Assembly: GCF_008831285.2 (NCBI RefSeq)
Contig: NC_045138.2
Location: 5,146,001-5,210,000 of the forward strand
Length of the DNA stretch: 64,000 nucleotides
Origin: Nymphaea colorata
Taxonomy: Eukaryota
Direction: 5' to 3'
The notes beneath the pieces are model-generated. The model searched no databases. It saw only the letters and a list, made by a program, of their open reading frames with translations, and was not told the DNA's origin. Position 1 is the first letter of the stretch. Every line of letters starts with the position of its first letter. Of the stretch, positions 13,094 to 26,762 are shown one piece after another. The position numbers and the translations under genes are program-made.

Positions 13094-16000
13094 TCAAACC
13101 TTTTCATTTTGAGCATCAATGTTCCTCACAGGACCCTTGAACCATTTTCTTGCATCCAAGGCCCACCACAGCATGATCAGTGCCAAAGCCACGCCCAGGG
13201 CAATCGGAGCATAGTTGAAATTTGCCCATTCAATGGGGTAAAAGGTGGGCAGCAGGAAGACACAGCAAGTGTAACATATCCACAGAAAAGCTACCAAACA
13301 TACAGGCCTACTTGCTCTGCCCAAGTAAAATGGACCAGGCTTGAAATTGTTTTCTGCCATGATCATTCTTGCAAAGATTGGAACAGCATAGCCACCAACC
13401 CATCCAATTGTACATATTGAAGTAATTGCAGTGAAAACTACATTCACTTTCAGAATCGGGAGCCCTAGCAGAATGCAGATGAATGCACATAGCCATACTG
13501 CATTTGATGGTACCTTATATTTAGGATGAACGCGGCGCCAAATGGTTGAAAAAGGGATGCCACCATCCCTTGAGAGAGCATACACCTGGAAAAATTAAAG
13601 TTCAGAAGAGTTGAAAAGTGCAGATAGAAATTCTTGTTCTAACAAATTGACAATGGGAGATATGCTTGTATGAAGCATGAATATTCAATTTGAAAATTGA
13701 AATGTCAGAATACACAGATAGCCAGCTATGAGCAATGGCAAGCCACTGTGGATATACTTTATATCATAGATGAAGCAGATGGTGATCTTACATACCACTC
13801 TAGCGGCACTTGTGGTAATTGAAAGGCCACCAAAGAAGAATGATCCCCAGATGATGAAAAGAAGAATTATGGCGCCAGTTGAACTATGGTACCTCCCATA
13901 AAATGCATCATAAAGTATCTGCGCAGGCACAAAAGTGCCGGCTGTCTCATTACCTTTATCATACAGGTAACTTGGATTCTGCATTAAATTGTATCAAATG
14001 TCAGTCGGTTATGAGCGCTAAAAGGCACCACATTGTTTTTGAGGTACGATAAAGACAAAAACATTATCATCCAATTTCTCTAGACTTACTTGAATGCTAA
14101 AAGTAAGAGCTAAGATGTAAGCCCATCCAAAGACAGATATGATGCCAATGCTTGAGAGTATTGCAATTGGCCCATTTTTGTCTGCGCCCCTTGTTTCCTC
14201 TGTGAGATGTGCTGCAGCATCATAACCATAAAGGGAATACTGACTAACCAGAACTGATAGTATAGCGGCATAGGCTTTGCTTCTTATTCCAGTTGATTCT
14301 GGAGCAGTCTCAAAATGTGTGAAAACGTAGGATGCAGACTGAGTCGTCAATGCAACTAGAGGAAGCATTATGACTATTACCAGACCACCAATAACCTGCA
14401 CTATTTTTGTGGCTAATGAGAAAATATTCAACCATATAATAATGCGATCAGAGCTAATAAGAATCAGTCAGAACCTTGCATTGTTATGTCAGCTGTTAAA
14501 TATTATTGGTTTCAAATAATAGGCTAGCTTCTGTATGACAGTACCACTGTCTAGGAACAAGATAGCTGTTTTATAAGTGATGCATGTCTATGCACATAGG
14601 CAACTTGGGAATATGATACCTAATGTTCTGCCAAATATTTAAAAGAAAAGGGAATCCAACATCTATGCTATGTTTAATAATAAATTAATAATAAGAAACT
14701 TCAAAAACAATTTTCCAAAAATCCAATTCTCTCATTCATTGAGAACCTGAAGGACAAATACTATTGTGAAGAAACAAAGGAAGTTAACAATTGACAGTAC
14801 ACTCATTTGAAGATGATTGTGGAAACAAAAGAAATGATATTATTTGCATCCTAAGTGGAAATTTATTCCTTCACTAAATTATCTAAGCAGTTTCTCTTTT
14901 GTTGGTCAAAGTAGTAGGGATAATGAAAATTTGAAATCATATTCTAAGATGACAAAACAGAAATTTTAACAAGAGGAGATGCATCTTTTATCAGCAATAG
15001 ATGCATGAAAAACCCAATCAATTTCAGCATTTATTAGAAACAGAACATTAGGATTGATCAGGAACTCCAATAAAAAATCTCCAATCAATGAATAGAAGAA
15101 CTTCAGAATCGAAATGGCACCTGCCACCAGATGGAGATAATGTCAATAAATGCAATGACATCCAAGGCAAATGTGTTGAGTACTGCCCATATAACGGTAA
15201 GTGCCATGTACATGCACAGGAACACGCCACGCGGAGCTAAATATCCACCACCTTTATTTGTACCAGTGCTAAGTAAAATGATGCTTTGTAGTGTCTGTGA
15301 ACCTGCGTAAGCCTGTCAAATAGACAAAGTAATGAATAAGGTTAACAAAGAAAAGGTAAGAATGCAGTGAAGGGGATCTTAAATGACAAAAGCTTGCGGA
15401 TAATTTCTTATAAAGAAGTAATGAGAGTTACTTGAGTGCCAATCCCAGCAATGAGGCCAATAGTCTCTAACCAAGCACAACACCATGAAGCAAATGGACC
15501 CCATTTTGGGCCAGCTAAATGTGCAGCCCAAAAGTACAGTGAGCCTGTTGTCTGCACACAAACAGAACAAACATAGCTATAACTTATCAAATACCAAAAT
15601 AAAAGAAACAAGAAACCAGAGCCACTAAATCGCCAACAAATGGATAAGGCGTCTAGTTTGCTTTTAGATGAGTTTCATGACTAGAAAATGAGTAAATGCA
15701 AAATTTGACCAAAAGGAATTCGAATGTTCAAATAGGCATGGGAAGTAAAAACGTGTCGAGAAAGAACCAGAACTTGTAAAACATTTCCAACATTAGACAA
15801 GGACATCGTGACATCCCCGATACGGGATAAGGATGATTATGAACACCTGGAAACTTCTTGATCAAATAGCTCCGTCATCAACCCACATTCTTGTGAATGT
15901 GTGAATTCTTCGAAAGTGAAGGACAAATGAAGACTCGTTGTGAAAGTGAAGTTTCAGAATCTGAATAGCTGCAATAGATGTATCAACAATTAAGAGAAAA

Positions 16001-16875
16001 GTTTTGCAATCCTGATTTTCATGGAGAAGGTGGCAACCATAGATTACTTTATTACGCATACAACGTCCACCGTTCATTCATTCAGGACACGGAGTGATGA
16101 TGGATAACTGTTACTTGTTGACGGTAATCCTTCTTCAGCTATTGTTACAAAATTCAGCAGAACACTGAGAAAGGGAGACAGAACATATCCCTCGGGATTT
16201 GAACAAAAACGACAAGGGAAGTAGGAACAACGACACTTAACTACATGAAGAGGAGCGGAAAGGTGCAAACGGAATAAGGAACAGAAAAAGGTCAAGATCA
16301 AATCCCGTTTATCTTAAACTGAGTAAGCGTCGACCCCCAACATCAACTAAGCAGAAACTTCAAACTTCATGCATGCCATGGATTAATAAGAAAGCCTCAA
16401 ATACAAAGTCGAGAAACAAACATCAAAGTAGAGGAGCACAAACCGGGAACGAGGAGCAGATCTCCGACATGGCGACCCCCACGAACCACGTGAAGAAGGT
16501 CACCACAACCCATCCCCAGACAAGGCTAGCGGGCCCAGCGTACAACAAACTCGATCCGTAAAGCGGCGTGATACCAGTGAACAGAGTCATGGTCGAGAAA
16601 GAGATGGCAAGCGTCTTGAAAAGGGTCTGAAATTCACCAAAAAACACAAAAATGATCGAGTTAGACTACAAACCCAAGAAGGCCCAAGTCAGTATCTGTC
16701 ACAGAGAATCAGAAAAAGGCCTCAAACTTCCAAAAAACACAAAGAACAGAAGATGGCAGGCGGCAAAACAACACACCATCTCTCGTCTGAGCTCCTGCTT
16801 GTATCCCAGCTCATTGAGACGCTTCTCTCCGGAATCCATCCCGTCGGTGGCGTCGGATGGAGTGTCCCAGGCCAT
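13094..16875 (-). CDS. BAT1: Amino-acid permease BAT1 homolog (APC superfamily, ACT family), ~524 aa. Exons 16875-16777, 16626-16444, 15551-15432, 15312-15121, 14395-14090, 13978-13796, 13585-13094
   Basis: GT-AG exons splice to MAWD...DSGEKRLNELGYKQELRREMTLFKTLAISFSTMTLFTGITPLYGSS...AMSEICSSFPTTGSLYFWAAHLAG...SQYSLYGYDAAAHLTEETRGA...VYALSRDGG...ARKWFKGPVRN, the hallmark motifs of BAT1/GABA-permease-like transporters. Confidence 0.93.
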
Positions 16876-17769
16876 GATGGATGGTGAAAGGAGAGAGAGA
16901 AGCAATGAGGGGAGGAATGATCGAGCAAAGAGAAGTGTGGGAGTGTCTAATAAAGAGTGTGGAAGGAAGGAGGAAGGATGCTGCCTACTGTGAGAACCCA
17001 ACGCAGACGAATTCTTTGAACTTTTTCTGAGGAGGACGTGTGGGATCCCACAGAAAGGGAAACTCTCTCTCTCCTTAGCTGTGATGGGTGGTTGGAAAAG
17101 GAAAGAGCCAGCTTTGAAGGAAGATCCAAAATTCCGTTAAGTTGACCGAGGTTGTCCAAAATACCCTTGCCGTCGCTTTCTTATGACATCATAAGTGGAC
17201 TGGGCAAAGGAGTTAGGAGTCGAGGAGTGTGGTATCCGATCCGTTAAGGGATTTGGATCTCGAGTATCAAATTCAAGATCTGCTCCATAAAAATTAGGTC
17301 CAACGCAGCTTGACTATAAATGAACCGGGTTCATATTGTGTACCAAACCTCTTAGCAGTATCCGAATAATTTCATGATCTAAGTTCTAAATTTTTATTTC
17401 TGATACGCAGATTCTTTAGCATTTACACAATAATTAAGAAACCCAGTTTTTTTTTTAATATTTTGTTAATATTTCTGGAAACCTTTTAGACTATCCGAGT
17501 TTGATCATGTAAATTTTTTGATTTCTCGTTTGGAATTTCAAATAGTAGAACAACATTTTTTCCTTGTGATTTTTCTTTTTGAAAACTTTTGGTGGCATAT
17601 GTAGTTTATGGATTTTAAGCATTGACTGCTCTTTCCTTTTTTTTGGGTATCTAAGTTTCATGATATAATTTTTTTTTTGTCTTATCATGTCTGCATTCAC
17701 TATCAATAAATGATCATTTTAAGATTTTATTGAATAATGAATTAAAGAGAAAAATGTACGCTTGGTCAT

Positions 17770-18030
17770 CCTGGGTCGACATCTAAAACTTGAATTTGAA
17801 TTCGGTTTGATTAAATTAAAAATATTTTTTTAATATAAAATAATATATATATTAAATTATAATAAAATATATTATATATAAAATTAATAAAATATGTATT
17901 AAAAAAGTCTTATCGGTTTGAATTGGGTTTAATTGGGCCTACTCGGAATAGCTCGAAAACTTACGGAGTCGGCTTGATTTTCGTGCTCGAGTCAGGCCTG
18001 ATGTCGAATAGCTGTCGCGTACCCACACCC
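17770..18030. mobile_element. Non-autonomous DNA transposon (MITE) with an AT-rich core and CCCGA/TCGG-rich ends; related copies at about 18415-18900, 21295-21432, 22869-22990, 23903-24150 and 30810-31040
   Basis: Shared core TTAATATAAAATAATATATA...AATAAAATATrTATTAAAAAA and end motifs such as GACCTGGGCA/TGCCCAGGTC between copies; boundaries approximate. Confidence 0.6.
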
Positions 18031-18680
18031 AACCTTAAAAAAATGGGTTTAAAATAGAGTTGACCCTTGATCCAAATAAAAAACAACTAAATAAATGGTA
18101 AGTACCAGATCTATGGTTCAGATTTGGATTATATAGGAGCTTTCCAATCCGCTCTGTTGTTATTGGATCGGGTAGTCCGTAGCGACGTTGTTTTCTTTTA
18201 ACGTGCTTGTTTAAAAGGGTGCATAGGCCGGGTCCAAATCCAAAAGGGCAAAATTGAAACGACAGAAGTGAGTTAAATTCTCACACGAAATTCGTGGGCA
18301 CGTGTTGCGAAGTTTTCTCTTGGCGGAAAAACGTCAAAATTTTAAGTCAAACACATGGCCATGGGTTTCAATTTTATAAATACATTTAATTGGGCATGGC
18401 AGATAAGGTTGATGAGAGTTGGGCATCGGTACTCGGCTCAACTCGGACGTAAAAAAAAAAAAAAAAAAAAGCACTGAATTATCGGGCCAATATTTCGATG
18501 GGTTCGATAAATTATCCGGCCGACTCCTGTGGGCCCGACAAGTTTGGGTGGACTCGATTTTTTTAATATTTTTTATTAATTTATATGTATGTATATAATA
18601 TTTTTATTATGATTAATTATATATATTTTTTAATTTAATCAGGCCTAACTAGAGCTCGAGTTTTAATGGTCTGGTAGGGC

Positions 18681-18870
18681 TAGGGGCGGAGGGAAGGGAG
18701 GCCCGCCTAAGCTATGGCCCTACCCTCACAAATGGAAAAAAAAAAAATTTACATTAAAAAAAATATAATTTTTTAAATGCGTAATGTATTTTTTAGAATT
18801 GAATTCAATTTGACCATCTAAAAGTTGGACTGTCCACCCTTTTTTAAAGAAAATTCTGGCTCGGCCCTTG
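18681..18870 (+). mobile_element. hAT-type MITE with 8-bp TSD, nested in another MITE
   Basis: Imperfect TIRs TAGGGGCGGAG...CTCGGCCCTTG and an exact TSD GGTAGGGC (18673-18680 and 18871-18878). Confidence 0.85.
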
Positions 18871-21533
18871 GGTAGGGCCAACCCCATGGTGGACTCATAG
18901 CGTTAAGTTTCTATTTAAAATTTTTATGATGTCAACTTTGGTTATGCCGGTTAAAGCGCAATGAGTTCGGCTTTCAACCGAACGGTCGGTCTTTTCAGTC
19001 GTCCAAAATATGCGATGGTGACTAATCTAAAAGATTCTTCAAAGGAGAAAACCATTCTAATATGAAACCTGGAGAGCAAGTGGTTTTTTTTCAAGTGAAA
19101 CGAATTGACAAAGAAAATCAAAAGATTAATAAGAAAAGTTTAAGAACTAAATTTAGTTTAATTCCATTCAATTTTCTAACCCACGTTATAATTTTAAATT
19201 GAAAATGTTTTATAAGACAATTACTGGTAAATGCTTTACAAGACAATTTTTGCATACCTTTTATCAAATCAATTAAAATTTTTACAATTATTTGGTCAAT
19301 TAAAATTATCAAATCAATTAAAATTTTTACAATTATTTTGTCATAAACCCTGTCCGGGAAAATAACTTTGAATTCAAATACACAAGCTACAAATCTGTGC
19401 CTGAACTTTTACAAGCAACCAAACTTAGATATAAGCAAAAATCTCTGAATTGAATTAACTAATGAATTTAAGATCATTTATTTATTTTTATTAATAGTAA
19501 GGCCGGGAGCCTACGTACTCATTTATTGGACTTTAATTTCCAAGATCATTTAATAAGTTCAATTTTAGGGAATTTCCATTTAAGGAGTCACTTGTTTACT
19601 TTTGTGATATGGGCCTCTGGGCAACTAGCAATTGTGTAACTAAAATACTATTTTTATTATCCTTTAGCTAAAATGCAATTTATGATGAAGAAAATGGAAA
19701 TGAGAATGCTGTCTTTCTTTCATAAAATGTAGTAAGAATGACTTTTAAAGTAAAGCCAGAGATATCTAGATACTTTTGAAAATGTCACCATATTAATTAA
19801 AAAACGAAAAAAAGAAGAAAAATATGAGCGATATTTTTGAAAAGCATTAAAAAAATGAATTCATCACTAATTTATCACGATTTTTCATTTATTTTTTTAT
19901 TTTTTGCTTTCTTTTGTTTCATTGTATTGTTTTATCAGATCATTTTAACAAGATTTTTTTTTATATTTTTAATTATTTTATTTTTACCTAATTTTTTTAA
20001 TTTTTTTCTAAAACTAAGACAACTTTTTTTTGAAAAATAACTTTTTATTAAAGATACTGATGAAAAACTTTGCCGATAAAAACTTAAAAACAATATTTAT
20101 TACATAAAGTTGAAACCCAAAACTTTTTAGATTGCATTTGATAGCCTCAAATTTGAAAGTCAAGACTAAAGTATGTTTAGAGATATCAAATCTCAATAGA
20201 ATGAATTTGATGTTAAAAATTATAAATTTAAGGTCCTAAATTGGGGAACCCAAGAAGGCCCAAATAAATAAATTTAAAAAAAATTTATATATCATATATA
20301 AAAATTTTAATTTAACTGAGTGTCTCCTTTTTGTCGTCAGAAAAAGCATTGAAGAGTTGGATCTGGGGGCGCCGATCGCCGGCGTGCACCGGCGGAGTAA
20401 TACACGTGCAGCCGCCGATTGTAGCGGTCGGCCCGCGTTTGGAGGACATTACAGAATCGAGAAATCGTCTCTTTTGAAGTTCCCTATCTCGCATTCAATT
20501 TAATCAGGTTCACAGAGAATTAATTTTTTTATATTAAGTTCAAATCCAATTATCATGAAATCGATACTCACATATAATCAGGACACATCGTTATCAAATT
20601 TAATTAAAAAAATATTGAACTGAGTTGAGTTTGACACCATGCGTACAATCTGAACTCAACTATCTGTTGGACTCAATTTTTTTTTATTTTACAAGTTTGA
20701 CTAAATTAAACCAATTTCATTTATTCGCGAATATCCTGTGTGGTCAACAAGCCCACCGTCTGCTTCTAGTCAGCACTGTCGTCGTGCCATCGCCTCTTCG
20801 GAGACAGACGTCCGTCGGAAGTTTTCCGGCCAACGTGTTTCCACTGGAACATATACATGTGGTGCCTCACCATAAGCAACACCATTCACATGGCTACACC
20901 ATTAAACGGTTCCATGTCTGAAAACTTTTAGCGACAATTTTAAATTTTTTAGCTATTTGACCATCGTTCTTCATGCATTTGTTTATTTGTTTTTTTTTAT
21001 TTATTTTTATTTTTTTTATCAACGGGCTTGTGGCGTAGCTGGTTGAATTTCAAAATTTTGACACGAGTCAAAACATATTTTTTATATAAATTAAATTAAA
21101 ATTTTTAAAATTTATAAGTAAAACTTTGATTTTTTTTTTTATCCTGAACAACCTCCTTTGTCTTTGCCCCTGAATGCATATAAAACAAGTCTCAAGTTTA
21201 ATTCTTGTGGGCGATATGTGTTACTTGACCATGAGGTAAGGTTGAAGGTGATGTCAAACTAATTTTGACGGACTTGCCCGATGGAGACTATGCCTGTGCT
21301 TGAAAAAACCGGCCTGGGTCGGTCCGATGGGGCTTGATTCAGCTTGATTAATTTGTTATTATTAAGTTTCGAGCTTCGGACTGACCCGGGCCCGACTCTT
21401 ATAGGGCCGGGCCGGCCCAATGCCCAGGTCTATGTCAAAGGACAAATGTTGGGGTTGCACTTGCACACTCTTTCTTCCATTTCACCAAATGAAAATAAAA
21501 AACAGGATTATTAAGATAATCAGCCACTCCTGT

Positions 21534-21971
21534 CCAATATATTCACACTTGCCATGTGAATAGGAGCCAAAAGAGTTGACCGCAGGGGCGGAAGGAGGGG
21601 GGGGGGGGGGGGGGGGGGCCACCTACGCCATGACTCCACCCCAATCAAATGAAAAAAAAATATAATGTAAAAATTGATTTTTTTTTTTTTTTGCCTTCAT
21701 GTATTTTTTGAATGGTTGTTCAATTTGGCCCTACCCAAATCCAACCCCCAAAAAATAAAAAACTTCCCAATATATTCACACTTGCCATGTGAATAGGAGC
21801 CAAAAGGGTTGACTCCAGGGGTGGAAGGAGGGGGAGGCCACCTAGGCCATGGCTCCACCCCAATCAAATGAAAAAAAAAATATAATGTAAAAATTGATTT
21901 TTTTTTTTTTGCCTTCATGTATTTTTTGAATGGTTGTTTAGTTTGGCCCTATCCAAATCCAACCCCCAAAA
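21534..21971 (+). repeat. Tandem duplication (~233-bp period) of flank plus a truncated CAGGGGCGGA-family MITE; G22 run at 21597-21618
   Basis: CCAATATATTCACACTTGCCATGTGAATAGGAGCCAAAAG...CCAAATCCAACCCCCAAAA starts at both 21534 and 21767. Confidence 0.9.
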
Positions 21972-22199
21972 CCCAGTCTTCATTTGGCCCATACTTGAAA
22001 AAAATCGTAGCTCTGCTTTTGGTTGACAGTGTGTGTGTATATACATATATATATATATATATATGTGTGTGTGTTTTAAAACATGACTCTAACCTTTAAG
22101 TAAAACACAGAGACATCAAATATGAACTCTCCACTCACATTTAATCTTCTTTCTAAATGTATTCTCCCGCAGTTTTTTGCATAGAAAATGATTATTGGA

Positions 22200-22856
22200 T
22201 TCTCTTGATAGTGAGCTCTCTCCAATGAAGGATGGTGGGAGGGAGGCTCCCCACCAGAAGGAATCATATGTACATGATAAAAAAGATGTATAAAACCAGG
22301 GTGACAAGGACGCCATGCATTAATTTTTAAGTGGTAAGCAAAAAAAAAAACGAGAGTTGTGACAGCCCCTCACAAGTAATGAAAAAACCAAACAAAGCCA
22401 AGAAAGGGCTTCAAACGGCCTATGCCAAAACACATAATTGAGCATATAAAAGGATCAACTTGTGTAGTATCTGTATCTGTCAAAAGAGTCTGAGCAGTCC
22501 CGTGCCAGGGAACCGATGACTGTGGTCAGCTAAAAAACTCCATTTCTCATGTCAGTTCCTTCTACCTTCGATAATAGACTTGAGGCGCCTGATCCATTCT
22601 ATATTGTTGGAATGGATGGGAAAATTAGGCTGGTGGAATGCACAGTTTTCCCCCACTTGAGAAAGTTAAATTCCGTATCATCTACACCATAGCATGTTTC
22701 TAGGAACAAATCATGTTTAGACCACTTGGCGATTTTGAGTGAGAATTTTATTTTCATGTGCCAAGAAAAAGCACCACTTGGCTCTCTTGGAATTACTCCA
22801 CTACACTATCCTACTTTCCTCCACATATCAACAAGCCTCTTTGTCATGATTTTCTC
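22200..22856 (-). mobile_element. Possible degenerate LINE (L1-like) 3' fragment
   Basis: Minus strand gives VIPR/AKWCFFLAHENKILTQ, resembling the zf-RVT region of plant LINE ORF2; frame is broken. Confidence 0.35.
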
Positions 22857-25800
22857 ATAAATCATGCTCAGACCTCGGCATTGGGCCGGCCCGGCCCTGC
22901 CCAGACCCACCCAGGTTAAAAAAACAAATCGGGCCAAATTGGGCCCCATCAAGCTGATCTGGGCTAGCCTGATACATTATCAAACCGGCTCGAATCGGTT
23001 TTGTCGAACCAAGTATCGGGCATCCGTCCGGAAACAACTTATCCATACCTTGTGGGACCTTCACTTGAGTTATAACATGCCTCATCCAGACATTATCAAT
23101 TTCAGTTACATCCAGACATTATCAATTTCAGTTACTAAGCTCTTACTGCCTGGAGAGATATTGAGGGGGGGAGGGCTCTGATCTAAGTCACACTCAGTTG
23201 AAATATGAATACAAAAATTATGGATACCTGACAACTTTAGAAAATGTGAGTCTACGACATGATTTATGCATGTATAAATACAGAAAATTATAAAAAAATC
23301 AAATTAAATACAACATTTAAGTGAACAAATGATACAAATAAAAACATGAACATAAATACTAACTCTCATAAACAGAATGAAATTTTACACCGGATGAAAA
23401 CATACACAAGTGTATCCAAATACTTACTACCGCGAGGAAACCACATGTGCATTAAGTTCTAGCATGAAACCTATGGTTTTAAATTAAAGTACGTGGATCT
23501 CATATAACCTCAGATTTTACATTGGTGACCAACAAAAGCAGCCTATAAAAACAAGCAATCGAGTTTTTTTTTTTCTCCTAATTTTGATCGGCTAAAGCGA
23601 ACAAAAGACGTTCCATGTTTTTGAAGCATTGTGCTTATTCATATACTTACAAAAGACGTTCCATGTTTTTGGAAAAATTTCAAAAACACACTAGTCATAT
23701 TGTTGAAGTACAAAAACAAGCCCAGTGTTTCGATATTGTAAAAAAGTATTCTTAAAATTTTCAGAGTAGCTGGAAATGGTTTGATGGTTATATACATCTC
23801 TCTATTCCATTTTGATATTAAGTGGGTGGTAATTGTGTTTTTCTTCTTTTCCTTCTCAAAAACAGAATTTATATGGATCAGCTTGAGGTCTTATGGCTCT
23901 TCAGCTGGGCATCGGCCTGGCCCGGCCCAGCCTGATAAGAAGTCAGGCTTGGACTAACCAGACACTCAAAACTTGATCCTAGCTCGAGACCGACCCGATT
24001 AAATTACAAAATATATATATTTAATATAAATAATATATAAATATAACTAATTGTAATAAAATATTATAATTATATATAAAAATAATAAAATATATATTAA
24101 AAAATATTATGGAGTCCGAGCCCAGCCCGATAATTTCGGGTCCTTCCGACTCGTTAAATTACATTGAGCTTAATTAGATGTGTTCTGCATTAAATGCTGC
24201 ATAATTTCTGATGTTTTTATAATAAAATTTAACTGTGCTTTCCATTAAACCAAGAATTTTCTATATATGTTCAGAATTTTTTATTTTTTTAAAAAAAGAA
24301 GTTATAATTAAACCAGACGGTTAGGTTATTCAAGAGTGCCATCTGTCAATTTCTATTTATTCTAAATGTTATTTTTAAGATTTTTGTTGAAACTATTTTT
24401 TATACATTTTCTTATTTATTTTTAAAATTAATTTTGAAATATATCCACTTACCCATCGAACCCGCCGGCTGGTTTTCCAATGGCCGAATTATCACCGACT
24501 TCATTGATCGCTCTCTCTCTCCACATTCAACACTGAAGCTGAATTTTGGGGATCGAAACAAACAGAGCATCCGAATTCAAAAATTGGTGTATTGTTGAGT
24601 TAGTTCTAATTTTTTATATTTGTCAAAAAGTAAAAAAAGGCAGATAACTAGTTTATTTGATAAAAAAATTGTTTAGTAATTATATATATTTTTTTCACCA
24701 AGGTATCACACACTTATGACCTGTTTGGTTGGAAGGAAGGAAAAAAAAAATAAATGGAAAAGACAGATAATTCTGTGTTTGGTTAATCAGAGGATGTTTA
24801 GATGTACAGAAAAAAAAATGGAAGAAGTGAAAAGGAAACAAAGCTTCCAATCCCCTAAAAAAATAGAAAGAATAGATGGAAAATGAAATAATGACACTCT
24901 TTTGTTTATATATGGTTTTTTTTTTCTCTTTTCTTAAAAGGCATTGAAGAATATGAAATTTAAGATTATAATACTATTATGGAGATTAAATGGACGGTTC
25001 TTGTCCCTCCGTTTTTTTCTCTCATCTCTCTCTCTTTTGTTCTTTTTTTTCTATTATTTGTTTTTACAACCAACATTTTTTATTAGCTACATACATATGC
25101 ATGACCTTTTAACATTGGACCCCACTCTATGTTTTTTTGAAGCTCCCACAATTAAATATTTAAAAGTAAACATGCATATGGTAAAATATTTTATGTAGTT
25201 ACTTATATTGAAAGGCCTATCAAGTTACAGGGATACAATATTTAAAAGTAAAAATAATTTGCATCGATGACCCACAGTTAATATAGAATTTCAAAAAAGG
25301 GTTAATATTCCAACGGTTCAAACTTTAACCTTGCCCATCAAACATTGGATTTTAAGTCTTCCATTATTTTGAAAATTAAGAGATGCATGCATACCCTTAA
25401 TACTTGATCAAATCAATTGGAGCAATGATCGGGACAAGGGCTGGTAGGCGACCACTTTCTATTTTAAACTCTCATGACATCATTTTTTCATATTGCAAAA
25501 GGAAAAGTTGGGAAGAGGAGGAAGGTAACATGCTGTTTTAAACTTTTAAATTTCTTTCAATTTTTTTAATGTCAAACAGTTTTGTATTTTTTTATTTGCT
25601 GCAAATTTATTTATCTTTTGATGTTTGTGTTATTAGTTTCTCACTTGTTTTATTTTTTTTTTTTAAAAAAAAATTGTAAAAATCTACCGTATTTTTCTTA
25701 TATTATTTTTGTTTTTTTCAAGATCACCGTATTAAACCCAAGAAAAACCTCACCATTTAAAACTCTGAGACATTATTTGTGACTATCGTTGAAACATAGC

Positions 25801-26577
25801 AGAAGCCCTACCCCGAGACACTGAAAGCAGCTCTAATCCTTAAGATATGAAAGAAAGGTGAGAGAAGGGCTTTAGTCTGCACTCAAACAATAAGGTTTTC
25901 TTCCCAATGTGTGAATATTTTTGTGCAATTATAATATAAGATTCAGAACCTTTTTTTTTTTTCAAAATTCCAATTGTGGGAATATGAGGTCCACCTTCAG
26001 CTGTCTAGGAGAGAATTTCAACTTTGAAGCTAAAAGTATTTAAACTGCTGATTTTCAATTTCACCATAACAAACAATGTTAAAAAGAAGAATTAAAAAAA
26101 AAAAATCCTACAGAGCGTGATGCTACTTCGTATCGAAGCACATTAACTTGAATTGCGAACATCAATCAAATTAAATTTGACCTCCTAAAGGTCAAGGATA
26201 TTCTGCCTAAACCCGGCTGAGGAAGAGTTAAGAGGAGTAAAATACAACTATTTTTAAAAATTGAAGGGATTCGGTCTTACTCATAAGCGAAAAAAAGGAT
26301 TGCTTTAAAATGACAAAATACCTTTCCAGTCACAACCGTGGAATACCACCCTAGAATTTTTTGGTTACCCTATAAATTGCAAGCCAGTTTTGGAAATTTT
26401 GATCTTATTTTCCACAATAGAGAAACTAGAACAATGAAAAATTTTAAGGTGGTAAAAAATCTTTGAACCAATGTTGTCAAAAAGTAATTAATAAAAATGG
26501 ACGGGTATGATCCTAAATACATTGACCAATACAATTTTGACCATAGCCATCAATCACTATAGACAATGCTGTTAAGC

Positions 26578-26762
26578 AAGGGTGGAGCGAGGATTTTTTT
26601 TAGGGGTGGCCCAAACAGTCCAACTCCTCTAGATCTGAGTGGGACCAAACTGAACTCGAATCCAAACAATACATAACGCAACTAAAATTTTTTATTTTTT
26701 TCAATGTAATTTTTTTTTTCAATTCGCTGAATGAGGCCATGGCCCAAGTGGCTCCCTTTCCT
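26578..26762 (-). mobile_element. Reverse-orientation copy of the CAGGGGCGGA hAT-MITE family; a further partial copy starts at ~26914
   Basis: Starts CAAGGGTGGAGC; the body is the reverse complement of 18681-18870 (CAGTCCAACT, AATACATAACGCA, GGCCATGGCCCA). Confidence 0.7.

Noticed and set aside
21024..21210. GGGCTTGTGGCGTAGCTGG looks like a tRNA or SINE A-box
   Set aside because: No cloverleaf or correctly spaced B-box; better explained as the decayed left end of the MITE that ends GCCCCTG at 21172.
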